A DNA stretch of 64,000 nucleotides, taken from Eledone cirrhosa. Taxonomy: Eukaryota. The stretch's first letter is position 1, and each line of letters begins with the position of its first letter. Shown piece after piece: positions 1-12,120 of this stretch. Where the stretch lies: contig OZ024742.1 in the NCBI GenBank assembly GCA_964016885.1, positions 85,746,001-85,810,000 of the forward strand, given 5' to 3'. The translations under genes were made by a program, and so were the position numbers. The notes under the pieces are model-generated. The model was not told the DNA's origin, ran no database searches, and was given only the letters and a program-made list of their open reading frames with translations.

Positions 1-561
1 TAATAGAACGGTATGAAATATTGATAACTCTATATCAATTTAGACGTAATGGTGCTAGATACGATGCTAATTATACTATGTCACAATATATTGGGCACAG
101 ATTTTTAAATATATAAATTGTGTGTTAATATTAAGTAGCCAACATTTAATATGCTGTTGCCACATTGTCTTAGATATGGTTTAGAAGTTCAGAATTTAAG
201 CAGACAACTGCATACCATAATGATAGTTATATATTAGCTGTGTCGCGTAGATGACGATGTACCACATGTAATAATTAATTGTATGTACGATATGTATCAG
301 TTAATTGAAGATTTTTAAGCATGATTGGTGAAAATTGATTTAGGTAAGCTCCCAATGCGTTTATTGATTAATCCGATTGTACGATGTTCTTGTCTATAGA
401 TTCCAATGAGCATTGCTGAGATGCAAACCCAACACATCTAGGGACTATAGACCAAGGCAACACACATTCAAATTCTTTCGTTTCAAAATGCCAACTTCAT
501 AAAGCGGCAGACGTAAAGCAAATTCGCAATGAATGCACATTACACACATACATACACACAC

Positions 562-728
<167 letters not shown>

Positions 729-751
729 TGAGGGGGGGGGTCATTTTGTCG

Positions 752-1150
752 TTAATTATAAGTTGTTATGTTGCTATTCCATTCATGTTTTCTATTTAAT
801 TTTGGTTGGAGTTCATTTATGTTTCTTGCCTCTGTGATTTGTCTAAACATTGCGTCTTTTCTGTGTGTAGATTCTATTTGTGTATCTATGTTCTCTAATT
901 TGCCCTTATGTTTTATTTTAGCATGTTGGTGGAGTACTGATGAGTCTTTTCTATCTATGTTCATTTAATCGTTCTCTAATGCTACGAGCTGTCTCACCTA
1001 TGTACATTATATTCTAATTGTTTCATTGTCCCTCCCTCAGTACATCTTATACTTTATACTATGTTTCTAGTTTTACAGCTAATATGGGGTCTTAGCTTAC
1101 AGATTATGCATTTCCTATCTATACAGGGAGATCTTTGAAAAGGGTATGTA
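752..1150 (-). mobile_element. Penelope-like element fragment, GIY-YIG endonuclease C-terminus
   Basis: Near copy of 2674-3080. Translates to ...IGETARS and SSVLHQHAKIKHKGKL...RQITEA...LQPKLNR. Confidence 0.85.
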
Positions 1151-2189
1151 TTACTAATAAAAACACAATGGAAAGCATCCAGCAAATAGGTAACTCCATC
1201 CAGCAGAGTATCAACGTTACTATAGACTACCCAAGCAAACACCCCAACCATCGATTCCCTGTACTCACACAGAGCTCTGGATATAAACTATTAATAACAA
1301 AAAACAAATCCTCCATTCCCATTATGCTAAACCCATGGCTTCCAAATATCTGATCCACCGAAACTCGACTGTTTCGGATCACATTGAAATCAACATACTG
1401 ATTGCGGATTTAGTAAGTGTGATGAGGAACGTGTCCCGCATGTACAACCGCATGCAGTTCTCTGGTTACGATCAGAGAGATAAAATCAGAGTATATAGAG
1501 GAGCCAGGACCAAATGGGAAAAAATAGTAAATAATGATGCAAATGGGACCTGCCCCTTGTATACGAGCCATTTTTGGAATAGAATAGAAAGAACTAGGAG
1601 TAAGGTTAAAAGATAAACTCACGGTATGATAGTAATAAATACCAGAGTGTAATATTCATCAATACAACCCCTAGAGGTGAACTAGCTTACAAATTTAGAA
1701 GAGCCCTGGATAAAATTAAAATAAATATTAAGATAGTGGAAAGACCAGGTACCTCCATAAAAACACGTATTAATATTACATACCCTTTTCAAAGACCTCC
1801 CTGTATAGATAGGAAATGCATAATTAGTAAGCTAAGCCCCCATATTAACTGCAAAACGAGAAACATAATATATAGCATAAGATGACACACACATAGGATG
1901 ACAACACACACAAAAACAAGATGGCGTAGTACAAAAAATAGGAGAGGCACAAAACATAGAAAAGAATCCCCAGTCACTGAAGAGGTCACAGAATATGTGA
2001 AGAAGGAACTTTGACAATATACGAACAACCATCCAGTTGTGGAACCAACCAACAGGAAATTTATAATAAATAGAAGTGGAAGCATTTTATGCGTGTGTTT
2101 CTTATTGGAAACATGACCATCTCAGAGTATAACAATATCGGTTTCAGCACACGTTATCAGATCAAGAATCTTGCTAAACAAATTCGGAA

Positions 2190-2195
<6 letters not shown>
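1135..2195 (+). mobile_element. Penelope-like element fragment (RT thumb/linker plus 3' pseudo-LTR piece), inverted relative to the main copy
   Basis: ORF ASKYLIHRNS..INILIADLVSVMRNVS matches the reverse complement of 3227-3740. 1890-2090 matches the reverse complement of about 2330-2545. Confidence 0.85.
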
Positions 2196-2261
<66 letters not shown>

Positions 2262-2284
2262 TGTGTATATATATATATATATAT

Positions 2285-5200
2285 TTATACTTTGGGTGGG
2301 TCATGTAGACAATAAGAAACACACGCACCAGTGTTTCACTTCAATTTATTATAATAAATTTATAAATTTAGGAATTTATAAATTTCCGGTTGCTTGGTTG
2401 GTTCAACAACCAGATGATTGTTTATATATTGTCAAAGTTATTTGGTCACACATTATGTGACCTCCTCAGTGACTGAGGATTCTTTTCTTTGTTTTTGTGC
2501 CTCTCCTGTGTTCTGTCCTACGCCATCTTGTTTTTGTGTGTGTGTTGTGTGCTTAGTTTGCACATGTGTTACATCCGGGTGTCTGTGTGTGTTTATATCG
2601 TTTATTTATTTGTTTATTTACATGTTACTGGTTGGTTGTTTGTTCTATGTGCATGTGTGTTTTCATTTTGTCCTTAATTGTAAGTTGTGATGTTGCTGTT
2701 CCACTCATGTTTTCTATTAAATTTTGGTTGGAGTTCATTTATGTTTATTGCCTCTGAAATGTGTCTAAACATTGCGTCTTTTCTGTGTGTAGATTCTATT
2801 TTTAATACTATGTTCTCTAATTTACCCTTATCTTCTATTTTAGCATGTTGGTAGAGTACAGATGATTCTTTACTATCTTGAAGGTCTCGCCAGTGTTCAT
2901 TTATCCGTTCCACTATACTACGAGCTGTCTCACCTATGTATACTATATTGTTATCTCTACATTGTCCTTCGGTACATCTTATGCTATATACTACGTTTCT
3001 ACTTTTACAGTTAATATGTGGGCTTAATTTACAGATTATACATTTCTTATCTATACAGGGAGGTCTTTGAAAAGGATATGTATTGCTAATAAGTGTTTTT
3101 ATGGAGGTACCTGGTCTTTCTACTATCTTAATATTGATTTTATGTTTATCTAGGGCCCTTCTAAATGTGTAAGCTACTTCACCTCTAGGGGTTGTATCGA
3201 TGAACATTACAATCTGATATTTATTGCTATTCATACCATGAGTTTATTCTATTAGCCTTATTCCTAGTTCTTTCTATTATATTCCATAATTTGCTCCTAT
3301 ACAAGGAGCACGTCCCATTTATGTCATTATTTACCATTTTTTCCAATTTGGTTCTGGCTCCTCTATATACTCTGATTTTATCTCTCTGATTGTAATCAGA
3401 GAACTGCATACGGTGGATGAAGTTTTGTATGTGTCTCTCTAGTTCTTCGGGGTTGCACATGCGGGACACGTTTCTCATCACCCGTACCAAATCCGCAATC
3501 AGTATGTTGATTTTGGTATGGTCCGAAACAGCTGCGTTTCGGTGGATCAGGTATTTGGAAGTCATGGGTTTGGCATAATGGGAATGGAGGATTTGTTTTT
3601 TGTTATTAATGGTATCTAACCAGAGCTCTGTGTCTAGTACAGGTTCGGTTTTTGGCGTGTTTGCTTGGGTAGTATATAGTTTCTCTAATACTCTGGTGGA
3701 TGGAGTTAGCTATTTGCTGGATGCTTTCCATTGTGTTTTTCTCTAATTCCTGACTGTTCTCTAGTAGGGATGTTTTAACTACGATGTTTATATCACCAAC
3801 GTAGCGGGAGTTCATTATCAGGGTTAAAGGGTTTTTCTAATTGTTCTTTAAGTTTAAGTCTACTGTTCCACCATACCATGAATAGGTAAGCTATGTTGCC
3901 TGCAATGCTAACACCAGTGACTGCTCCCTCCTCTTGGGCATATATTTTTCCATTAAATTTGAACATATGTTCCTTAAGGGTTAATTTTATGCTGGCCCCC
4001 ACCGCATGTGCGATCATTTTCTTTAGTTCATCGTGAGTTTCGGGGGTCCGTATGGCTCTGGTCCACCCGTTCCATCTGTGTGTGTGGGTTTTCTTGGCCA
4101 TTGAGGTATTGGTAGGTGGTCTTACTCTTGCTGGTCATGTAGGGCACAGTCTGCTAAGGTCATATGTGTCTAGATAATTATTACTATAGGTAAGTTTAAG
4201 TAGGAGTCCCAACTCACTGGTATCAATCCCACGGAATTCAACATTGCTCTCACTGATCATTTCTACGTATTTCTCCACAGCAAAATCCACGTCAATAGAT
4301 GGATACAGGGACACAACATCCATACTACCTATTATGCAGCTTGTTAGGTCCCTAGATCGGTTACTCTCGCCGATTCTGCTGAGGAGCTCCTCCGTGCTGT
4401 CACATACATCTGGGGACATTTCAATGATGGGGCGTATGATCAGGGAGAGGAAGTATGAAAGTCTGTAGTTACTAGCAATGTTAGCTCCACAGACTGACGT
4501 GTTGGTGGTCCTGTGACAGGGTCACTGCTCGTTTTATAGTCTTTTCGAAGTCCATACAACGCTGGCACGTATTGTTCCAGGCCTGGAACTTGTTGGCAGT
4601 CCTTTTGTTGGGCTGCATTATATTTGTCCACATCATCATATGGGCATTGAAGGCTTTTTACCTATCCCCATGCTCTTGTGGTGTTACTTCTCTTGTGTTA
4701 GTGATGTGGGGTTGCATTGCCTGGATGTAGTTTGGCAGACTGTCAACCGACATTCTGCCAGACTTGTCCGTTGGAAAGCATGCTATCACTCCATTACGCG
4801 AGCGCCGCATGAGCTTACGCAAGCCATTTGCAGATTTTTAATAGTGTTGCTGGGCCTCCATTCGATTATGCTTCTAGCTATACTGTTCCTTAATATTTCT
4901 AAGTTTAGATCTAGCTATACTAAATTGTGCTTCTGTTTATTCATCCACCTGGGACCGCAATTGCGTGCGTTTGTTAAAAGTTAAAGTCGTGGCCTGGACT
5001 CGTCGCAGGTCGAACGACTGATCGGAAGGATTTTAAAAAGTAGAGTTCCTGGCTGCTGCTTTATGTGTACTAATGATATTGTTATTGTTAGTTGTGTTGT
5101 TTCTATTTCTATTTCCACCAACAGCCTCATGGTTGTTTCTATGTCTCTCATTATTACTCCTGTCTCTTTCCTCTGGCTCATTGTTATTATCTACTCTATG

Positions 5201-5400
5201 TTATGTGTCTGTGTGTTCGTCTTCGTTATTTTCTCTGTCCATAGTCTCCCTTCTCCTTTCAATCCTATTACCTTCCCTTATTTCTGTGTTACTGTCATTA
5301 CCTGTTTTCTGCGTCTGTGTGTTTTTAAGATTGTGGTGGTGGGGAGAGGCATTGAATGTGTGTGTGTTGTTGTTGTTGTTGTTGTTGATGTGTGCTGTTG
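2285..5400 (-). mobile_element. Decayed Penelope-like retrotransposon (RT followed by a Cys-rich linker and C-terminal GIY-YIG endonuclease)
   Basis: Frameshifted ORF pieces show TDKSGRM (about 4770), IGSMDVVSLYPSID (RT motif A), YAQEEGAVTGVSIAGNIAYLFM (motif B), RYVGD (decayed YVDD), a C-x4-C-x2-C linker and NVVYSIRC...YIGETARSIVERINEH (GIY-YIG). The 3' non-coding tail abuts (TA)n. Confidence 0.92.
2431..2473 (-). ncRNA. Degenerate hammerhead-like motif in the PLE 3' region (second copy 1973-2015, +)
   Basis: gtca CTGAGGA ggtcaca-taatg-tgtgacc aaataactt tgac. Stem I, core and stem II are present, but the GAAA box is decayed. Confidence 0.45.
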
Positions 5401-5404
5401 TTTA

Positions 5405-6270
5405 TGTACTACACACAGAGCTCTGGTTAGATACCATTAATAACAAAAAACAAATCCTCCATTCCCATTATGCCAAACACATGACTTCCAAATACCTGAT
5501 CCACCGCAACTCAGCTGTTTCGGACCATACCAAAATCAACATACTGATTGCGGATTTGGTACGGGTGATGAGAAACGTGTCCCGCATGTGCAACCCCGAA
5601 GAACTAGAGATACACATACAAAACTTCATCCACCGTATGCAGTTCTCTGATTACAATCAGAGAGATAAAATCAGAGTATATAGAGGAGCCAGAACCAAAT
5701 GGGAAAAAATGGTAAATAATGACACAAATGGGAATAGAATAGAAAGAACTAGGAATAAGGCTAATAAAATAAACTCATGGTATGAATAGCAATAAATAAT
5801 AGAGTGTAATGTTCATCGATACGACCCCTAGAGGTGAATTAGCTTACACATTTAGAAGAGCCCTAGATAAACATAAACTCAATATTAAGATAGTAGAAAT
5901 ACCAGGTACCTCTATAAAAACACTTATTAGCAATACATACCCTTTTCAAAGACCTCCCTGTATAGACAAGAAATGTATAATCTGTAAATTAAGCCCCCAT
6001 ATTAACTGTTAAACTAGAAATGTAGTATATAGCATAAGATGTACTGAAGGACAATGTAGAGATAAACATATAGTATACAAAGGTGAGACAGCTCGTAGTA
6101 TAGGGGAACGGATAAATGAACACTGGCGAGACCTTCAAGATAGTAAAGAATCATCTGTACTCTACCAGGTGCGTGTGTTTCTTATTGGAAACATGACCCT
6201 CCCAAAGTATAACAATATCGGTTTCAACACACGTTTTCAGATAAAGAATCATGCTAAACAAATTCAGAAA

Positions 6271-6272
<2 letters not shown>
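5405..6272 (+). mobile_element. Inverted duplicate of the PLE 3' half plus pseudo-LTR fragment
   Basis: Reverse complement of about 2850-3640 (HTELWLDT...KGETARS). 6169-6272 matches 2089-2195. Confidence 0.9.
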
Positions 6273-6328
<56 letters not shown>

Positions 6329-6373
6329 GTATATATCTATATCTATCTATATATATATATACATATATATATC

Positions 6374-6719
6374 TGAAAGACGTAAATAAGAAAGTTATGA
6401 AAATTGACTTACTTACTAAAATTTCACTCCAACTAATTAGTTTCTGTAAGGGGATAAATATAGTTATCTAATAACTATAGAAGTCTTACGTCATCAGGGA
6501 GTCTATTATCTGCTAAGTTTCCAGACAATGCGGGGACACTGGGAACTTATATAAAAATAATTCAGTTGTCTTAGTAACTTTGTGGTCCTATGCAGGAGAA
6601 TGCAGAACAATTATATGAAAGACGTAAATAAGAAAGTTATGAAAATTGAATTACTAAAATTTCACTCCAACTAATTAGTTTCTGTAAGGGGATAAATATA
6701 GTTATGCAATAACTATAGA

Positions 6720-6720
<1 letters not shown>
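6374..6720 (-). mobile_element. Non-coding 238-nt tandem monomer (about 1.45 copies) between (TA)n tracts; retrozyme-like
   Basis: About 105-bp direct repeat (6374-6480 and 6617-6718). Hammerhead stem-I landmarks are 238 nt apart. Flanked by (TA)n on both sides. Confidence 0.7.
6426..6502 (-). ncRNA. Type I hammerhead ribozyme
   Basis: Minus strand reads actcc CTGATGA c-gtaag..(tatagttat-tag-ataactata)..cttac-a GAAA ctaattag TT ggagt. 5-bp stem I, intact core, palindromic stem III, GUU cleavage triplet. Confidence 0.8.
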
Positions 6721-6807
<87 letters not shown>

Positions 6808-6847
6808 ATATACATATGTATATATATATATATTGTTTTTTCTATTT

Positions 6848-7088
6848 CTAGGACGGGTAAAATTCGCGAGATCCATGGACGAGTTGTCTCCAGCTGTCCC
6901 TGTCCCTCATTATCGCTGCCATGTCCTGCGTCTCCAACAGACCAGTGTCTGTCCTTACGGCATCATCATACGTTAACCTTGGTTATCCACTTCCAGTGTG
7001 CCCACGTAGGGGCTCCCACAGGAGCGCTGTGTGCAGTGTCAACACTGGATGTCGGTGAGCATGTCCAGCTAACCTCAGACTCCTCTGT

Positions 7089-7090
<2 letters not shown>
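6848..7090 (-). mobile_element. 3' fragment of an RTE-clade LINE
   Basis: Translates [47 protein letters not shown]...[11 protein letters not shown], a typical RTE ORF C-terminus. Confidence 0.75.
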
Positions 7091-7384
<294 letters not shown>

Positions 7385-7386
7385 TA

Positions 7387-10300
7387 CTAGCAGTAAAGCC
7401 TGGTGTTGCTCGGGGCTGCTCAGTAACTGTGTTAAAGTTCCAATGTTAAGTTGCTTTCTTGGCTTAAAGACTGTAGAGCCTACAGTGTAGACTTTCATGC
7501 GGTACTTTTGATTAATATTCCCTCAACCAACAGTATGCCTTATGAAGTTAAGAAAACATAACCATAACCCGAATGTTAAAAGAAAAGTGGATACTGGGGA
7601 TAAAAACTGCACTGGTAATCTATTAGCACAAATCGAAAATATAAACACTGCAACACTTGTGTCAGAGAAAAACATCAGCGTGACCAAACTATCAGTTATT
7701 TTGAAACAAAAAAATTGGATGGACATGAAAAACCAAAAGAAAAATGTATTATACGAAATCGAGGGGGCAGGCATCTCAAAGAGGTTCGCACCTGTGATAA
7801 CAAATGTTGACAATGTAATAGCGTAGATGTTTAAGTATAAACTATGAAGAGCTCATAACATACTCATGATGAGTTTGACGGGCAGATTATAGACAGCCAC
7901 ACCATGTGAAATAGACAGCTGCAGCAAAAGCCATATTCACCCAAAAAGACTCGCTGAAATCAACAAAGCAGAAATGCTGCTGCCATTACACCTTCACATG
8001 CAATTGATAATTATGACGAAAGTTTACTTCGACGCAACAGAAATGTTGTTGCGTGTTGTCTAGGTCGGGATGCATATTGAAACAATGAAAGAAATAACGG
8101 GAACAATCTTTGTATGTATGCGCCAAGTTGTATTAAACGCCGGACTTGTCAGCGACTGGACGGGCATCCTTAACAATCGAAAGCATCGATTTCAGAGTCC
8201 GCTTTGATTTGCGAGCGATGCTGGTCCTTAGGGGCCTAGGTGTCACTAGATTGCACTGCATCGATGTTGAATACAGGTTTTGTAGATGCTATATATTTAA
8301 GGCAGTCGGAGTAACATTGCCATTTTCAGCCAAAAAATCGGTATACAATATTCTTTGTTTTTCCGTTTGGAGCAAAAGCAAGGAAGTTGTTCCGGCTGCC
8401 AACTCGAGAACATCCAACGTAGAATTGTCCATGTGAAAAACATGGCTCCCGTGAAGTCCTGCCACAGATAAAATCTTACCCTGGGACTTGTTGATGGACA
8501 TATCAAAGGCAGCGGGAAGGGGAAATTGGGTTCTTTTAAAATAATAGGGTGCATGCACTCCTGATGTAGTAAGAGATAGCGTAGGTATTAAAACATCTTC
8601 TCCTTTTGCACACCCCGACATATTCGTAACATAAATAATGTGCTGGGGCATCATATTGACAACAAGGCATTTACAATTGCAAAACTTGGGAGGGGTTATA
8701 TTTCTGAGAAATATAACTGGACATCCTTCCTTGAGAGACGAAATATGATGAGGTAGGCCCGGAATATTCAATGAATTGAGGAATTCAATCGGATAATTGA
8801 CCGCATCATGTGGATCAACATTGGTATCAATAGACTTAAAAATCTTATTATTTCCAGGAAGGCTTCAAGCATTTGGCAATTAATGGCGGAGACAGTGACA
8901 TTTGTAGGAGCTAATATAGCCTCTCACACAGCCATGTATGATTGGGGTAATTATCTGCCAAGTTGGGAAAAACGGCTGCCTTGAGATCTTCGACAGTGTT
9001 AACCAGACAGCATATATTGTCGAGTGCAATGTCAACATGCACACCTGAAGGTAGTTTGACGTTGCCAAGAATGAGAAGGTCTTCAGCACATTTTTCAGAC
9101 ACATATCGCCATCCAATTGAACACGCATGTGGTCAGGCGAAGTGTTGTTATCTGTTGCCACAATGGAGAAGACTTCAGGCAGGCACGAACTTGATCTGCT
9201 CTGGTCCCCTTGGGAATAACAGGCAAAGTTTGTCGAAGGTACCTGAAAGCAAAAGAGTCACACCCCCATGGTCTCCTGACGGTCTTTAATGTCTTTCAGT
9301 GTCCTATCTAAGGCCTAAATAGCTCCTGTGTGAGCCATGGTGCATTCATCCCACACAATCAGTTGGCACCGTCGTAGCAGTTCTGCTGTTGGTCTATCCT
9401 TGGTGATGTCACAGAGCGGAGTTTCAGCTGATACCAAGTTAAACGGAAGCTTAAAGATAGAGTGTGCTGTGCTGCCACCAGGAAGTAGTGTTGCTGCAAT
9501 ACCGGATGATGCAACGGCTATTGCGATAACTTCATTCTGTCTAACTTTGGCAAGAAGAAGTTTAGTAACAAAGGTTTTTCCAGTACCTCCAGGGGCATCG
9601 AGAAACAAGATACCACCGCATCGATGAAATACATAGTTGGTGACAGTGTTGTATGCACATTACTGATCGGGTTTTGGTTCCATTTCAAACACACATCTAG
9701 TTAGAGTGTCGATATCATAAGATGTTTCTCAGATGATGAGAGTTGGAATTTTATTAGAATCAGTGCGGTGGGTTTGTGGCAGACCGTCTGCTGGCAAGGC
9801 ATTCCCACCCATAAGGAAAATGCTGTCCTCTATGTCTATAAGCCCTTTATTGTATAAATCATCACTGAAATCTACTTCTATGTCAGGAAGTAGTAGTTGA
9901 TCTTGGTGCAGGAAGTCCTCAGACAGTTGGTTCCGAAACTTCAAACATAATGTGTAGGGATCACAAATGTTACATAAGTGAAGAAGCTTTGCAAATAGCT
10001 CTTGTAGGCTTCCAGCTGAGTATGATGAAGCGATCTCCACCAAGGTTGCACCCCATCGTGAGTCATCTATTCCACAAGCCAAACAGGCATCTCTGTATGT
10101 AGACCAAACAAGATTACCGTAAGTTCTGAGGTCCTGAAAAGTGGTCGGTCCTTTGACCTCATTCAGTAGCATTCGAAGATAGAAACACTCGTGTTGATTT
10201 GGAGGAATCGTATACACCCTCCCCAAGCAATTAGTGTATTTGATCCCGGGAACTCCAATAACTGGTTGGCCAGTCTTTCTGCGGATCCATGATTTTTTAT

Positions 10301-10560
10301 TCCATGTGTAGTATCATGGCACTTGAGGATACAGTAATGATTTTGCGAAGTCATCGTATTCGTACAGTTTGAAAAATCCAGTTAAAGTTGTCACCCTTGG
10401 GGTCTGTGCCAATTCAGCGGCATTTGTGTTCGTATAGTACATCCGTTGACCGTTTATCTAGCTGTACATCTAATTTTACAATTGAAGGGTGCCTATCATG
10501 TATTGAAAAACCGAAGATTCGCCAGAAAGCCTCACTACTACTTATGTAGCGCCCTACTTG
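7387..10560 (-). mobile_element. 5'-truncated Helitron, with a 3' hairpin plus CTAG terminus at 7387
   Basis: Minus-strand end ccccgagcaacaccaggctttactgCTAG-T. Contains decayed RepHel coding sequence. Confidence 0.88.
8289..10560 (-). pseudogene. Helitron RepHel remnant (end of Rep-associated region plus Pif1-family SF1 helicase)
   Basis: GRYISSSEAFWRIFGF (about 10550), GRVYTIPPNQHECFYLRMLL, Walker A FLDAPGGTGKTF, AVASSGIAATLLPGGSTAHSIFKLP, IVWDECTM, GLPHHISSLKEGCPVIFLRN and RTQFPLPAAFDMSINKSQG. Many stops and frameshifts. Confidence 0.93.
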
Positions 10561-10654
10561 GAATTGCGTTACTTCGTCTCTATTGTTTTCGTTGAGTATA
10601 CCGAACGAAGGAGCGCCAGTCCCTTATTAACATACTTACATATGTATGTGATGC

Positions 10655-12120
10655 ACTTGACTGCCTGTCTGCACACATTCATCGCCTATATCAACATTCT
10701 GCACGACTGTTTGCCAGCACAACTTTATCGCCTACTAGCAGTAAAGCCCGGCGTTGCTCGGGGTCGCTCAGTAGCTGTGTTAAAGTTACAATGTTAAGTT
10801 TCTTTTTTGGCTTAAAAACTGTAGTGTCTACTGTGCAGACTTGCATGTGGTGTTTTTGATTAATATTCCCTCAACCAACAATATGCCTTATGAAGTTAAG
10901 AAAACATAACGATAACCCGAATTAAAGTAAATTCAGCCTTATAAGACCGTAAAATTAATTTAAACGTTTAATAGGGAAAGTTTGCTAACCGTCGTAATAA
11001 AAAAATAAATATCAATAACTTACGAAGTAATGAACTCGCCGAACTTTTAAAGCGTTGTAGCATACAAAGGCAGTACAGTGCAAATGAAGCTATTAAACAA
11101 ACTGGAGATTCCAATTCACTCTACTAAAGATTTACTTAATCGTCTGCATATTCGCTAATCGTCTGCTCATTCCCTAAAATGGAAATAATCGCCTATATCA
11201 CCTTTCTGCATGACTGTCTGTCTGCACGCCTATATCACCTCTCTGCACGACTATCTGTCTGCACGCGTATATCACCTCTCTGCACGACTGTCTGTCTGCA
11301 CGACTGTCTGTCTGCACGAATGTCTGTCTGCACGACTGTCTGTCTGCACGCCTAACGAAATTTACAGATACATATATTTTAAATAAACTTATATAAATTT
11401 TGCTTTTTTTTACGAAATATTTGCTTGTTTTACGTAGTCTTTAAATAGACTAGTTTTCAAGTAAAAATATTGTTTTAAAAGGCTTTTAAATGGAAATGAA
11501 GCAAAACGGAAGCTTAGTGTTCGAACTGATGAATTTTGCAGGTCAAAATTTTGCTGGCTCGACAACTGTTCGTGTATTGTGTTAATGTCATTTTAAACGC
11601 TGAGAAAGCCAGCGTAATTTTTTTAATTTTTGCACGCAGAAAATGTAAACAGAACGTAAGACGCTACGCTGAATGTAAACAGAACAAAGGGAAATCATTT
11701 TTTTAATTTTTGCACGCAGAAAATGTAAAGAGAACGTAAGACGCTACGCTGAATGTAAACAGAACAAAGGGAAATAACTGATCACTTACGCTCAAAAATC
11801 GATACATTATATTCGATTTCGTCAGATAGGGCGGGTCAATTTGAAATATTATTTTTCCGATGTCTTCGCTAGGGCTCAATGTACAAGTATAGCAATTTCG
11901 GTGCAATTCCGTGAGAGATTCTAAGAGGAGATGTGTGCCAAAAATCGATAGACAGACAGACAACCTCAGTTTTATATATATAGATATCACATCTCTGCAC
12001 GACTGTCTGTCTGCACAACTTTATCGCCTATATCACCTCTCTGCACGACTGTCTGTCTGGACAATCTTATCGCCTATCACCTCTCTGCACGACTTCTGTC
12101 TGCATACCTCCATCGTCTAT
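10655..12120. repeat. Minisatellite blocks (atcgcctatatcacctctctgcacgactgtctgtctgcac) at about 10655-10734, 11188-11353 and 11985-12120
   Basis: Tandem 12-45 bp related units read directly. Confidence 0.85.
10735..11984 (-). mobile_element. Complete non-autonomous Helitron (1250 bp)
   Basis: 5' TCTATATATATAAAA at 11984. 3' hairpin cccgagcaacgccggg plus CTAG at 10735. Inserted between A and T with no target-site duplication. Its 3' 190 bp match 7387-7575. Confidence 0.85.

Noticed and set aside
6213-6245. Minus-strand CTGAAAA-cgtgtgtt-GAAA-ccga-TA (also near 2135-2165) as a hammerhead
   Set aside because: Stem II cannot form without using core bases, and stem I does not close.
11188-11353. 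Regular repeats resembling a CRISPR array
   Set aside because: Head-to-tail minisatellite with no unique spacers, no cas genes and a eukaryotic context.
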